A DNA stretch of 64,000 nucleotides from a virus. Numbering within the stretch: position 1 is the stretch's first letter; every line of letters begins with the position of its first letter. A program made the position numbers and the translations under genes. The notes below the pieces were generated by a model. It saw nothing but the letters and a program-made list of their open reading frames with translations, was not told the origin of the DNA and ran no database searches. Location of the stretch: positions 1 through 64,000 of IMG/VR virus record IMGVR_UViG_3300032291_002681. One strand, given 5' to 3'. Shown one piece after another: positions 48,076-57,454 of this stretch.

Positions 48076-49263
48076 ATGAAAAATATAAGTTTAAAATCAT
48101 TACTTGAAGCCGAAGATTTTAAGGCAAGAAGTAAACAAACTGGAAAGTTAGTACACTTTAAATCAAAGGATTCATACGATGCGGCAATCAAAGCCGGTTC
48201 TCATGAAGACCCTAAAGCTAAAAAAGGTGATTCATCTAAAGCAGCTACAAAACCAAATGATATGTTTGGTGGAGATTATACAAAAGATAGAGGTGGTAAA
48301 ACTCCAAAAGCTGACCCTGTTATTGCAGTAGCATCTAGAGCTCAAATGGTCCCAAAAGCGGTAGCAGGTTGGGCAGATAAAAATCGTGTAGACCTTTCCA
48401 AAGTATCCGATGATTTAAATTCAGGTAAGTTAAACGTATTTGATTTTATGACGGCCGTTAGTGGTATCCCTGGTAACAAATACGCTAAAGATGTAATTGC
48501 TAAATATCCACAATCTGATTCTAATATGAACTATTCACAATCGGCTAAACAAGATAATGATTCTGATGTAGACGGACAAACTGATGATGAATTATACGAT
48601 GCTTTGTATGATATGGGATATGATTTCGGAGAACTTGGTAGTGATGATTTTGATGAAGAAGGATTTGCCGATGCAGCTATGAATTTAGGTTACCGATATG
48701 ATGACACGAATAAAGTGTGGAATCATAGAGATGAAATGGAAGATGAACCTGTTTCTACCCCAAAAGAAGCTAGAAAAGGTAATCCATCGGTAAATAAAGA
48801 AGCTAAGAAAAACGCAGAACAATTTGGTATTACTCCACAAAAGTTGGGTAAAGAAGAATATCCAAAAACAATGTTAAAAGCTGCAGTTGAAGCTTTAACT
48901 GATGCAAACTTTCACGATGAAGCTAGAGAATTGATATCAAAAATTGAAGGAAAGCCAGAATGGGCTAAGAGAGTGGATTACCCATCAATGGATGACCCTA
49001 AGTACAAAGAAAAAATGGCAGATATAAGAACCAATGGTGTAGACAGTTCGGAATATTGGAAAGGGGATAATAACTCACATGAATTTGGAAGAAAAGTATC
49101 ATCAGCATCCGGATGGGATGGAGTTGATGCAGCAGATGGAATTGCATTCACCTTAAGAATGAATGGGTTTCATAAACAAGCGGATATGATTCAATCCGTA
49201 TTTGATGACAAACCATATATGAGAGAACAATCAACGAAATTAACCACAATGATTAAAAAATAA
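48076..49263 (+). CDS. Hypothetical protein with an acidic centre; possible head-internal protein
   Basis: N-terminus ISLKSLLEAE; shares a ~35 aa motif with the 42069 protein; upstream TATTTATA at 48051. Confidence 0.55.
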   Translation: MKNISLKSLLEAEDFKARSKQTGKLVHFKSKDSYDAAIKAGSHEDPKAKKGDSSKAATKPNDMFGGDYTKDRGGKTPKADPVIAVASRAQMVPKAVAGWADKNRVDLSKVSDDLNSGKLNVFDFMTAVSGIPGNKYAKDVIAKYPQSDSNMNYSQSAKQDNDSDVDGQTDDELYDALYDMGYDFGELGSDDFDEEGFADAAMNLGYRYDDTNKVWNHRDEMEDEPVSTPKEARKGNPSVNKEAKKNAEQFGITPQKLGKEEYPKTMLKAAVEALTDANFHDEARELISKIEGKPEWAKRVDYPSMDDPKYKEKMADIRTNGVDSSEYWKGDNNSHEFGRKVSSASGWDGVDAADGIAFTLRMNGFHKQADMIQSVFDDKPYMREQSTKLTTMIKK

Positions 49264-49265
49264 CT

Positions 49266-49294
49266 AAAAGGGAGAAACTAATTCTCCCTTTTTT
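49266..49294 (+). terminator. Rho-independent terminator (possibly bidirectional)
   Basis: AAAAGGGAGAA-ACTAA-TTCTCCCTTTT followed by TT. Confidence 0.85.
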
Positions 49295-49295
49295 A

Positions 49296-49327
49296 TTTGG
49301 TAATACCGAATATATTTCGTATATTTG
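49296..49327 (+). promoter_or_regulatory. Bacteroidota-type promoter 1 of the replication operon
   Basis: TTTG at 49296, N20, TATATTTG at 49320. Confidence 0.8.
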
Positions 49328-49386
49328 TATATGTCCACAATCATATATAAATGCCAATAGTCCTTAAAATATACTTCAAAAAAACA

Positions 49387-49418
49387 TTTGGAATTGTGAG
49401 AAATTTGTTGTATATTTG
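49387..49418 (+). promoter_or_regulatory. Bacteroidota-type promoter 2 of the replication operon
   Basis: TTTG at 49387, N20, TATATTTG at 49411. Confidence 0.8.
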
Positions 49419-49508
49419 TATTTCTATTATATTTATTAATGTAACGGAGGTGAAGGACACTCACCAAAATAAAACCATAAAACTTAAACTCTTAAAATCT
49501 TAAAAGAC

Positions 49509-50327
49509 ATGGCTATTAACTTAGACGCAATTAAGAGCAGACTTAACAAACTGCAAAACACCCAAAGAACCACAGTAGAACTTTGGAAACCAGCACCCGG
49601 TAAACACACAATCCGATTGGTGCCGTACAAATTCAATAAAGAAAATCCTTTTATTGAACTTTATTTTCACTACAACATTAACAACAAAACTTATCTATCT
49701 CCAATTTCATTTGGTAGACCTGACCCAATTGTTGAGTTTGCTGACAAACTTAAAAGAATGGGCGATAAGGAAGATTGGAAAGCTGCTAAAAAAATGGAGC
49801 CGAAACTTAGAACTTTTGTACCAGTATTGGTAAGAGGTGAAGAAGGTGAAGGTGTAAAATTTTGGGGCTTTGGTAAAACTGTATATCAAGAGATTCTTGG
49901 GTATATGGCAGACCCTGATTACGGTGATATTACTGACCCAAATGAAGGTAGAGATATTACTGTTGAAGTAGTATCGGCTGAAGACAGTGGTACTTCTTAC
50001 CCTGTAACAACGATTCGTGTTAAACCAAAGGAAACTCCATTGGCAACTTCTAAAGAAGACACGGACAAGTATTTAACTTCTCAAAAAGAAATTACTGAAC
50101 TTTATTCAGAATTAACTTATGCAGAATTGAAAAATGTATTAGAAGGATGGTTAAATCCATCGGGAGCTGCTTCTGACGAAGAAAAATCAGTTTCCGCACA
50201 AACTTTATCATCAACAGCAACTGATGAAGATGAAGTACCATTTGATACAACTCCATCAAAACCAGCAGCACCAGCTAAAAAAGTTGATGATGTTGCAGCG
50301 GCATTTGATGACCTTTTCAATTCATAA
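49509..50327 (+). CDS. Single-stranded DNA-binding protein (T4 gp32-like)
   Basis: WKPAPGKHTIRLVP...NPFIELYFHY...GVKFWGFGKTVY...DITDPNEGRDI; acidic tail ending AFDDLFNS. Confidence 0.85.
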   Translation: MAINLDAIKSRLNKLQNTQRTTVELWKPAPGKHTIRLVPYKFNKENPFIELYFHYNINNKTYLSPISFGRPDPIVEFADKLKRMGDKEDWKAAKKMEPKLRTFVPVLVRGEEGEGVKFWGFGKTVYQEILGYMADPDYGDITDPNEGRDITVEVVSAEDSGTSYPVTTIRVKPKETPLATSKEDTDKYLTSQKEITELYSELTYAELKNVLEGWLNPSGAASDEEKSVSAQTLSSTATDEDEVPFDTTPSKPAAPAKKVDDVAAAFDDLFNS

Positions 50328-50341
50328 AATAATAAGTTAAT

Positions 50342-51463
50342 ATGGCGAAAGCAACTAAGGAAGTGGACTTAGCAGAAGTGCTAGCGGAGTCCCTTAACAA
50401 ACAATCAAAAGACCAACGAGTAGCATTCTTTTTGGACAACAATGATTCTCCTACAAACGTAGAAGGTTGGATTTCAACCGGAGCATCAATGTTGGATGTG
50501 GCAATCTCTAATAGACCTTATGGAGGTTTACCTGTTGGTAGAATTACCGAAATTACTGGATTGGAACAAAGTGGTAAATCATTGGTATCAGCACATTTAC
50601 TTGCCGAAACTCAAAAGTTAGGTGGTATCGCTGTACTGATTGATACTGAAAATGCGGTAAGTAGAGAATTCTTAGAAGCCATTGGAGTAGATACATCAAA
50701 ATTACTTTATGTAGCAGCTGAGACTGTTGAACAATGTTTTGAATATACCGAAACTATTATTGAGAAAGTGAGAACTAACTCAAAAGATAAATTCGTAACA
50801 ATCGTTGTGGATTCAGTAGCAGCAGCATCAACTGAAAAGGAGATGGAAGCTGATTATGGTAAAGATGGTTATGCTACGGATAAAGCAATTATCATTTCCA
50901 AAGCAATGCGTAAAATCACAAATCTTATTGGTAGACAGAAAATCACTTTGGTTTTCACAAATCAATTAAGACAGAAAATGAACGCAATGCCATTCTCTGA
51001 CCCTTGGACAACTTCTGGTGGTAAAGCAATTGCTTTCCATGCATCGGTTCGTTTAAGATTAAAGAGTATGGGAACGATTAAGGCTAAAGAAAATGGTAAC
51101 GATAGAATCGTAGGTATCAAAGTTCGTTGTCAAGTAGTAAAGAATAGGATGGGACCTCCGTTACGTTCCGCCGATTTCGATATCTTCTTTGACAGAGGAA
51201 TTGATAACTATGGAGCTTGGTTGGGTATGATGAAAGAGAATTCAATCGTAAAACAAAGTGGTGCATGGTATGAATATACTGATATTGATACCGGTGAAAT
51301 CATTAAGTTTCAAGCGAAAGATTTTCCTTCCACATTAGAAAACAACCAGGAAGTTAAAGAGCAAATCTATAAAAGGATTTGTGAAGGAACTATTTTACAA
51401 TACAAAAAAGATTCACTTGATACTGATAATTTGGTGACAGATTCAGAGGTGATTGGTGATTAA
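50342..51463 (+). CDS. recA: RecA/UvsX recombinase
   Basis: GGLPVGRITEITGLEQSGKS (Walker A); IVVDSVAA; FTNQLR; TSGGKAIAFHASVRL; KNRMGPP. Confidence 0.95.
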   Translation: MAKATKEVDLAEVLAESLNKQSKDQRVAFFLDNNDSPTNVEGWISTGASMLDVAISNRPYGGLPVGRITEITGLEQSGKSLVSAHLLAETQKLGGIAVLIDTENAVSREFLEAIGVDTSKLLYVAAETVEQCFEYTETIIEKVRTNSKDKFVTIVVDSVAAASTEKEMEADYGKDGYATDKAIIISKAMRKITNLIGRQKITLVFTNQLRQKMNAMPFSDPWTTSGGKAIAFHASVRLRLKSMGTIKAKENGNDRIVGIKVRCQVVKNRMGPPLRSADFDIFFDRGIDNYGAWLGMMKENSIVKQSGAWYEYTDIDTGEIIKFQAKDFPSTLENNQEVKEQIYKRICEGTILQYKKDSLDTDNLVTDSEVIGD

Positions 51464-51481
51464 TAAAGGTTATAAAACAAT

Positions 51482-52525
51482 ATGAAAGACTTATACAAAA
51501 AATTACTCAATGAAGTTGAGACAGAGCATGAATCAAACGCCCAAAGGGTAAGGAATGGTAGAGTTCTTATCATAGATGGACTCAATACCTTCATCCGTAG
51601 TTGGACAACCAATCCCATTATGAATGAGGATGGTGAACATACGGGTGGAGTTATTGGTTCATTAAATTCAATCGGATATCAAATCAGACAATTTAATCCT
51701 ACTAGAGTTGTTCTTACTTTTGATGGTAAGGGTGGTTCTAAAGGTAGGAAAGAATTATTTGAAGGATACAAAGCTGATAGAGGTAAGAATCGTTTTAGGG
51801 TTAATCGTCAATACCCTGAAATGATGAGTGAAGAAGATGAGCAGGTTTCAATGAAAAGACAATTTGTGTGGTTAGTAGACTTGTTATATAGTTTACCAAT
51901 TACTACAATGATATATGATGGTATTGAAGCAGATGACGTAATCGGACACATTGCTAAGCATGTACTTAGTGAAGAAGAAGAATGTTATATTGTTTCTACC
52001 GATAAAGATTTTTTACAATTAGTGGATAAAAAAACTTTTGTTTATTCACCAACTAAAAAGAAACTTTATAATAGAGAACTAGTTAAACAGGAATGGGGGA
52101 TATATCCGCAAAATCTTTTACTATTTAGAACATTGGATGGAGATAATTCGGATAATGTTCCTGGTGTAAAAGGATGTGGATTGAAGACAGTTCTTAAAAG
52201 ATTTCCTGAATTATCGGAAGATAGAGAAATAACTTTTGATGAATTATTTCAAATATGCGAAGATAAAAGGAAAGAGGCTAAAATCTACGAAGATATACTT
52301 GCAGCTAAAGATGATGTTCTAAGAAATAGACAAATCATGCAATTACAAGAACCACATATCAATACAAATACAAAGTTGAAAATCAATGACCGTTTTGCCG
52401 AACCAAACAAAAAGTTTGATAAAATGGAATTCATCAAAGCCGCTATGAAGTATAAAATTCTTCAAAATTGGAAAGATATAAACGATTGGCTTAAATCAAC
52501 TTATACAAACATAATTGTAAAATAA
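51482..52525 (+). CDS. 5'-3' exonuclease / flap endonuclease (T4 RNase H-like)
   Basis: LIIDGLN; FDGKGG; YKADR; EADDVIG; STDKDFLQL; GDNSDNVPGVKGCGLKT. Confidence 0.92.
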   Translation: MKDLYKKLLNEVETEHESNAQRVRNGRVLIIDGLNTFIRSWTTNPIMNEDGEHTGGVIGSLNSIGYQIRQFNPTRVVLTFDGKGGSKGRKELFEGYKADRGKNRFRVNRQYPEMMSEEDEQVSMKRQFVWLVDLLYSLPITTMIYDGIEADDVIGHIAKHVLSEEEECYIVSTDKDFLQLVDKKTFVYSPTKKKLYNRELVKQEWGIYPQNLLLFRTLDGDNSDNVPGVKGCGLKTVLKRFPELSEDREITFDELFQICEDKRKEAKIYEDILAAKDDVLRNRQIMQLQEPHINTNTKLKINDRFAEPNKKFDKMEFIKAAMKYKILQNWKDINDWLKSTYTNIIVK

Positions 52526-52557
52526 TTTGGTGAACTCACTAAATTATCGTATATTTG
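52526..52557 (+). promoter_or_regulatory. Bacteroidota-type promoter
   Basis: TTTG at 52526, N20, TATATTTG at 52550. Confidence 0.8.
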
Positions 52558-52576
52558 TACAACTTTAAAACACAAA

Positions 52577-53971
52577 ATGCAAAGCGAAGATACATTATCA
52601 AAATATGGACAATCATTTCAAACTAAAGTAGTAGCTGCCATCCTAAGTGATGATAGAATGCTGGATACTTTAGGTGATGTAATTCACAAAAAATTCTTTG
52701 AATCCGAAGCAAACAAATGGATTGTAGAGGAAGTAGTAGCATACTATAATGATTACCATAGATTACCATCATTGGATGTATTTAAGGTGCAAGTTTCTAA
52801 AGTTGATAACCCAGCATTACAAAAAACAATCGTAGCACAATTAAAAGAAGTTTATCAAAGTATTGGAGGTTTGGACCTACAATATATTAAAGATGAATTT
52901 ACAGCATTTTGTATTAATCAAAACTTAAAGAATGTAATTGTACAATCAATCGATTTACTAAAATCAGGCAACTATGATAAAATCAAAGAGTTGGTTGATA
53001 AGGCAATGAAGGTTGGAGTTGATGCTGATTTGGGTATGGATTACTTAACCGATTTCGAAGAACGTTACGATGAAACGGCTAGAGATACGGTGGCAACTGA
53101 TTGGGAATGTATCAACGAATTGATGAATGGTGGATTAGGGCCAGGTGAATTAGGAGTTGTAGTTGCACCATCCGGTGTTGGTAAGACTTGGGTTTTAGCA
53201 GCATTAGGAGCAGCAGCTGTAAAAGCTGGAAAGATTGTGGCTCACTATACATTAGAACTTTCACAAGGATATGTTGGATTACGATACGATACTGTGTTTA
53301 CACATATCGCATCATCTGATTTATCACAAAGGAGAGATGAAGTTTTGGATAAAGTAAAAAGATTAAAAGGTAAACTTAAAATCAAATACTATCCACCAAA
53401 GGGAGCATCATCTAAAACAATTCAGGCTCACTTAGAAAAGATGATAGCAGCCGGTAATAAGCCCGATTTAGTTATTGTGGATTACGCCGATTTGTTATTA
53501 TCACATTCAAACAAAACCGATAGTACATACGCTGAGCAAGGTGGTGTGTACATTGATTTAAGAGGAATGAGTGGTGAGTTAGGAATTCCGGTTTGGACCG
53601 CATCACAAACAAATCGTTCAGCAATCGATAGTGAGGTTATTGAAGCTGATAAGATAGCAGATTCATACGCTAAAGTAATGAATGCTGACTTTATTATGAG
53701 TTTGAGTAGAAAAGCTAAAGATAAACTTAGTAATACTGCTAGGGTGCATGTTATGAAGAACCGTTTTGGGCAAGATGGAATTACATTCCCAGCCAAAATG
53801 GATACAACACATGGTAGTTTAGAAGTATATACTGCAACATCTGCGGATGGTGTAATGGCTACCAAAGAAAGTGCAGATGGGGGACAAATAGAAAGGCAAT
53901 TATTGCATAAAAAATATGTTGAAACTATGCCGTTTGGAAACAAACCACAATTAGTTACAGGATTAGGATAA
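52577..53971 (+). CDS. dnaB: Replicative DnaB-family helicase (T4 gp41-like)
   Basis: APSGVGKT; YTLEL; VIVDYADL; WTASQTNR; ADFIMSL; MKNRFG. Confidence 0.92.
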   Translation: MQSEDTLSKYGQSFQTKVVAAILSDDRMLDTLGDVIHKKFFESEANKWIVEEVVAYYNDYHRLPSLDVFKVQVSKVDNPALQKTIVAQLKEVYQSIGGLDLQYIKDEFTAFCINQNLKNVIVQSIDLLKSGNYDKIKELVDKAMKVGVDADLGMDYLTDFEERYDETARDTVATDWECINELMNGGLGPGELGVVVAPSGVGKTWVLAALGAAAVKAGKIVAHYTLELSQGYVGLRYDTVFTHIASSDLSQRRDEVLDKVKRLKGKLKIKYYPPKGASSKTIQAHLEKMIAAGNKPDLVIVDYADLLLSHSNKTDSTYAEQGGVYIDLRGMSGELGIPVWTASQTNRSAIDSEVIEADKIADSYAKVMNADFIMSLSRKAKDKLSNTARVHVMKNRFGQDGITFPAKMDTTHGSLEVYTATSADGVMATKESADGGQIERQLLHKKYVETMPFGNKPQLVTGLG

Positions 53972-53989
53972 CAATTAAAAACAAAAACT

Positions 53990-54169
53990 ATGGCACAAAC
54001 AAGTCAAGAATTATTCGAACAAATCAAAGGACATTTTACAACCTTTGAAACCGAACACAATGGAACTAAAAAAGTAAACAAATCAAGAGCTAGAAAAGCA
54101 ATTGGTGAGTTGAAAAAATTAGTAACTGCTTATAAGAAAGCTTCTACGGAAGAAGGAAAAGCGGCCTAA
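53990..54169 (+). CDS. Histone H1-like (Hc1-type) small basic protein, 59 aa, missing from the ORF track
   Basis: Translated by hand: MAQTSQELFEQIKGHFTTFETEHNGTKKVNKSRARKAIGELKKLVTAYKKASTEEGKAA; RARKAxxELKKL motif; A-rich leader. Confidence 0.75.
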   Translation: MAQTSQELFEQIKGHFTTFETEHNGTKKVNKSRARKAIGELKKLVTAYKKASTEEGKAA

Positions 54170-54170
54170 T

Positions 54171-54204
54171 AATGATAGGGGAGTCTTACGGCTCCCCATT
54201 CATT
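54171..54204 (+). terminator. GC-rich hairpin after the Hc1-like gene (weak U tract)
   Basis: AATGA-TA-GGGGAGTC-TTAC-GGCTCCCC-AT-TCATT. Confidence 0.5.
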
Positions 54205-54330
54205 ATGTTATAATAGACACTAATAGAAATAGACTAAAATATTAAAAAAATATTTGTAATTATAAAAGGTTTATGAGTATATATTGTATTTATATTCACC
54301 CCAAAGAACTTACAAAAATTAAATTACACT

Positions 54331-55344
54331 ATGAGCAAATTATTTACGGATAGAATCCCCTACAAACCATTTGAATACCCAGATTACTATAATGAGGGTT
54401 GGTTAAAACAAATGCAGGCGTTTTGGTTACATACCGAAATACCAATGCAGGGAGATGTGAAGGATTGGAATGAGAATTTAACAAAAGAGGAAAAGCACTT
54501 AGTAGGTAATATCCTTTTAGGATTTGCTCAAACCGAATGTGCGGTATCTGATTATTGGACTGGTATGGTTACTAAATGGTTTCCAAAGCATGAGATTAGA
54601 CAAATGGCAATGGCATTTGGTTCACAAGAAACAATTCATTCAGTTGCATATTCGTATTTAAATGAAACATTAGGATTAGATGATTTCGCAGGTTTCCTAC
54701 ATGATGAAACAATGAAGGAACGATTTGAGTTATTAACAAACACAACCGCAGATTGGTCACCTGAAGATTTAAGAACAAACCATCAGGCTAGAGTTGAGGT
54801 TGCTCGTTCACTTGCTATCTTTTCGGCATTTGCGGAAGGCGTGGCATTATATTCATCATTTGCTGTATTGTATTCATTCCAAATGAGAAACCTTTTAAAA
54901 GGAATTGGGCAACAAATGAAGTGGAGTGTTAGAGATGAATCCCTACACTCAAAAATGGGTTGTCAATTATTCAGGCACATGTGTGATGAATTTCCTGAAT
55001 TATTAGAAGAAGCTAAAGCAGATATCTACAAAGCAGCTGAAATGATTAGAGATTTAGAACACAAATTCATTGATAAAATATTTGAAATGGGTGATTTAGA
55101 AAATCTTAAAAAAGATGACCTAAAAGAATTCATTACAAAAAGAGTTAATGAAAAGTTAGGAGAATTAGGATATAACCCAATCAAAGGTGGTGATGATTAT
55201 TTTGAATTTGATGAAACAAAAGCATCGGAGTTGGATTGGTTTTATCATTTGACTGGAGGCGTAACTCATACTGATTTTTTTGCTATGAGACCTACTGATT
55301 ATTCCAAAGCAGGTGAAGGTGAAAATTGGGATAATATATTTTAA
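54331..55344 (+). CDS. nrdB: Class Ia ribonucleotide reductase, beta subunit
   Basis: FWLHTEI; QETIHSVAYS (iron ligands and radical Tyr); EGVALYSSF; RDESLH. Confidence 0.95.
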   Translation: MSKLFTDRIPYKPFEYPDYYNEGWLKQMQAFWLHTEIPMQGDVKDWNENLTKEEKHLVGNILLGFAQTECAVSDYWTGMVTKWFPKHEIRQMAMAFGSQETIHSVAYSYLNETLGLDDFAGFLHDETMKERFELLTNTTADWSPEDLRTNHQARVEVARSLAIFSAFAEGVALYSSFAVLYSFQMRNLLKGIGQQMKWSVRDESLHSKMGCQLFRHMCDEFPELLEEAKADIYKAAEMIRDLEHKFIDKIFEMGDLENLKKDDLKEFITKRVNEKLGELGYNPIKGGDDYFEFDETKASELDWFYHLTGGVTHTDFFAMRPTDYSKAGEGENWDNIF

Positions 55345-55353
55345 AAATAATTT

Positions 55354-57135
55354 ATGAAAAATTACGGAGAAGAAAATGGATGGGAAGTAGATGTTGATTT
55401 TCCATCTTGGGGTAATAATGAGATATATGTAAAAACTATATCCAAAACATATTTGCAAGCAGGAGAAAAACCAAAAGATGCATATTGGAGAGTTGCTACG
55501 GCAGTTGCTAAAAGGTTGGAGAAACCACAATTGGCAACAAAGTTCTTTGATTACATTTGGAAAGGATGGTTGTGTTTAGCAACACCAGTATTATCAAATA
55601 CAGGTACCGATAGAGGTTTACCAATTTCTTGTTTTGGTATTGATGTGGGCGATAGTATCTATGAGATTGGTTCTAAGAATTTAGAACTAATGTTGTTAGC
55701 AAAACATGGTGGTGGTGTTGGTATTGGTATCAATATGATTAGACCTGCGGGTTCTAAAATTACCGGCAATGGTACATCTGATGGTATTGTACCATTTGCA
55801 AAGATATACGATTCTACGATACTTGCAACGAATCAGGGAAGTGTTCGTAGAGGAGCAGCATCGGTAAACATTAAAATCGAACATAAAGATTTTGAAGATT
55901 TTTTAGAGATTAGAGAACCTAAAGGTGATGTGAATAGACAATCACTTAACTTACATCAATGTGTTGTAGTTAGTGATAGATTTATGAAGAAGCTAGAAGA
56001 AGGCGATTCTGAGGCTAGAAGAAAGTGGAGTAAGTTACTTCAGAAACGTAAAGCAACAGGCGAACCTTATATTATGTATAAGGGTAATGTAAACAAACAA
56101 AATCCTGAAATGTATAAGAAGAACGGATTAAAAGTTCACATGACTAATATTTGTTCTGAAATCGTTTTGCATACCGATGAACAACATTCATTTGTTTGTT
56201 GCTTAAGTTCTCTAAACTTAGCAAAGTACGATGAGTGGAAAGATACGGATTTAGTTTATACATCTACTATTTTCTTAGATGGTGTACTAGAAGAATTCTT
56301 ACAAAGAGCTAAGAATATGAAAGGATTTGAGAATTCAGTTCGTTCAGCAGAAAGAGGTAGAGCATTAGGTTTAGGTGTATTGGGATGGCATACTTATTTA
56401 CAACAAAAAGGATTACCATTTGAAGGATTACAAGCTCAATTTGAAACCCGTAAGATTTTCTCTCAATTAAAGATTGAATCTGAAAGAGCGAGTAGATGGT
56501 TAGCAACTGAATATGGTGAACCTCTGTGGTGTAAAGAAAGTGGATTTAGAAATACACACTTGAGAGCAGTAGCACCTACGGTATCAAACTCTAAGTTAAG
56601 TGGTAACGTAAGTAGTGGTATTGAACCTTGGGCAGCTAATGTATTTACCGAACAAACATCAAAAGGAACTTTTATTAGAAAAAATCCTGAATTAAAAAAG
56701 GTGTTAAAGAAAATTGGATTTGATACAAAAGAAACTTGGGATAAGATTTTAGCAGATGGTGGTTCGGTACAAGATTTACACTTCTTAGATGAGTGGTGTT
56801 TCTTAGATGGTAAATTAGTTGAGTGTAACGAAGTGACTGAAGAATCACACAAAGGTAGATGTAATTCAGTTAAAGATGTATTTAAAACATTTAAGGAAAT
56901 CAACCAATTAGATTTAGTAAGACAAGCTGGTGTAAGACAACAATACATTGACCAGGCAGTTTCTCTAAACTTAGCATTCCCTGCAACCGCAGAGCCAAAG
57001 TGGATTAATCAAATTCACATGGAAGCTTGGAAGCAAGGTGTTAAAACACTTTACTATATGAGAACTGAATCAGTATTGAGAGGTGATATAGCAGCAAAGG
57101 CAATGGATGAAACTTGTGTAAGTTGTGAAGGATAA
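55354..57135 (+). CDS. nrdA: Class Ia ribonucleotide reductase, alpha subunit (no ATP cone seen)
   Basis: LATPVLSN; PISCF; TNICSEI; CCLSSLNL; APTVSNS; YIDQAVSLN; KTLYYMR; C-terminal CVSCEG. Confidence 0.95.
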   Translation: MKNYGEENGWEVDVDFPSWGNNEIYVKTISKTYLQAGEKPKDAYWRVATAVAKRLEKPQLATKFFDYIWKGWLCLATPVLSNTGTDRGLPISCFGIDVGDSIYEIGSKNLELMLLAKHGGGVGIGINMIRPAGSKITGNGTSDGIVPFAKIYDSTILATNQGSVRRGAASVNIKIEHKDFEDFLEIREPKGDVNRQSLNLHQCVVVSDRFMKKLEEGDSEARRKWSKLLQKRKATGEPYIMYKGNVNKQNPEMYKKNGLKVHMTNICSEIVLHTDEQHSFVCCLSSLNLAKYDEWKDTDLVYTSTIFLDGVLEEFLQRAKNMKGFENSVRSAERGRALGLGVLGWHTYLQQKGLPFEGLQAQFETRKIFSQLKIESERASRWLATEYGEPLWCKESGFRNTHLRAVAPTVSNSKLSGNVSSGIEPWAANVFTEQTSKGTFIRKNPELKKVLKKIGFDTKETWDKILADGGSVQDLHFLDEWCFLDGKLVECNEVTEESHKGRCNSVKDVFKTFKEINQLDLVRQAGVRQQYIDQAVSLNLAFPATAEPKWINQIHMEAWKQGVKTLYYMRTESVLRGDIAAKAMDETCVSCEG

Positions 57136-57155
57136 ACAATTAAAATAAAAACAAG

Positions 57156-57419
57156 ATGTTAGAAGTTAAAAGATTTTCGGCAGTATGGTGTGGACCGTGT
57201 AGAGCATTAGCACCTGTAATGGAAGGTATTAAAAATGAATATACCAATGTGGTATTTGAAACTATTGATGTGGATGTAGACCACGAACAAGCATCTCAAT
57301 TCGGGATACGTTCAGTACCAACTGTTGTATTTGTAAAAGATGGGGTTGAAGTTAATAGATTAGTGGGAGTAAATTCAAAATTAGCTTATGTTAATTCAAT
57401 AAATGAGCATTTAAAATAA
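57156..57419 (+). CDS. trxA: Thioredoxin
   Basis: WCGPC active site; IRSVPT. Confidence 0.95.
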   Translation: MLEVKRFSAVWCGPCRALAPVMEGIKNEYTNVVFETIDVDVDHEQASQFGIRSVPTVVFVKDGVEVNRLVGVNSKLAYVNSINEHLK

Positions 57420-57450
57420 TTGGTAATATCAAAAAGTTTTCGTAAATTTG
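57419..57450 (+). promoter_or_regulatory. Bacteroidota-type promoter of the AsnB-GNAT-MTase operon
   Basis: ATTG at 57419, N20, TAAATTTG at 57443; the ATG is 4 nt downstream. Confidence 0.65.
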
Positions 57451-57454
57451 TTAT

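Noticed and set aside
49264-49467. 67 aa minus-strand ORF in the gap before the SSB gene
   Set aside because: It overlaps a terminator and three + strand promoter motifs, and has low-complexity AT-driven composition.
50342-57135. Inteins or introns in recA, helicase or nrdA/nrdB
   Set aside because: The ORFs are continuous and of normal length. The short extra segment in NrdA (around DEWCFLDGKLVECNEV) is far too small and lacks splicing motifs.
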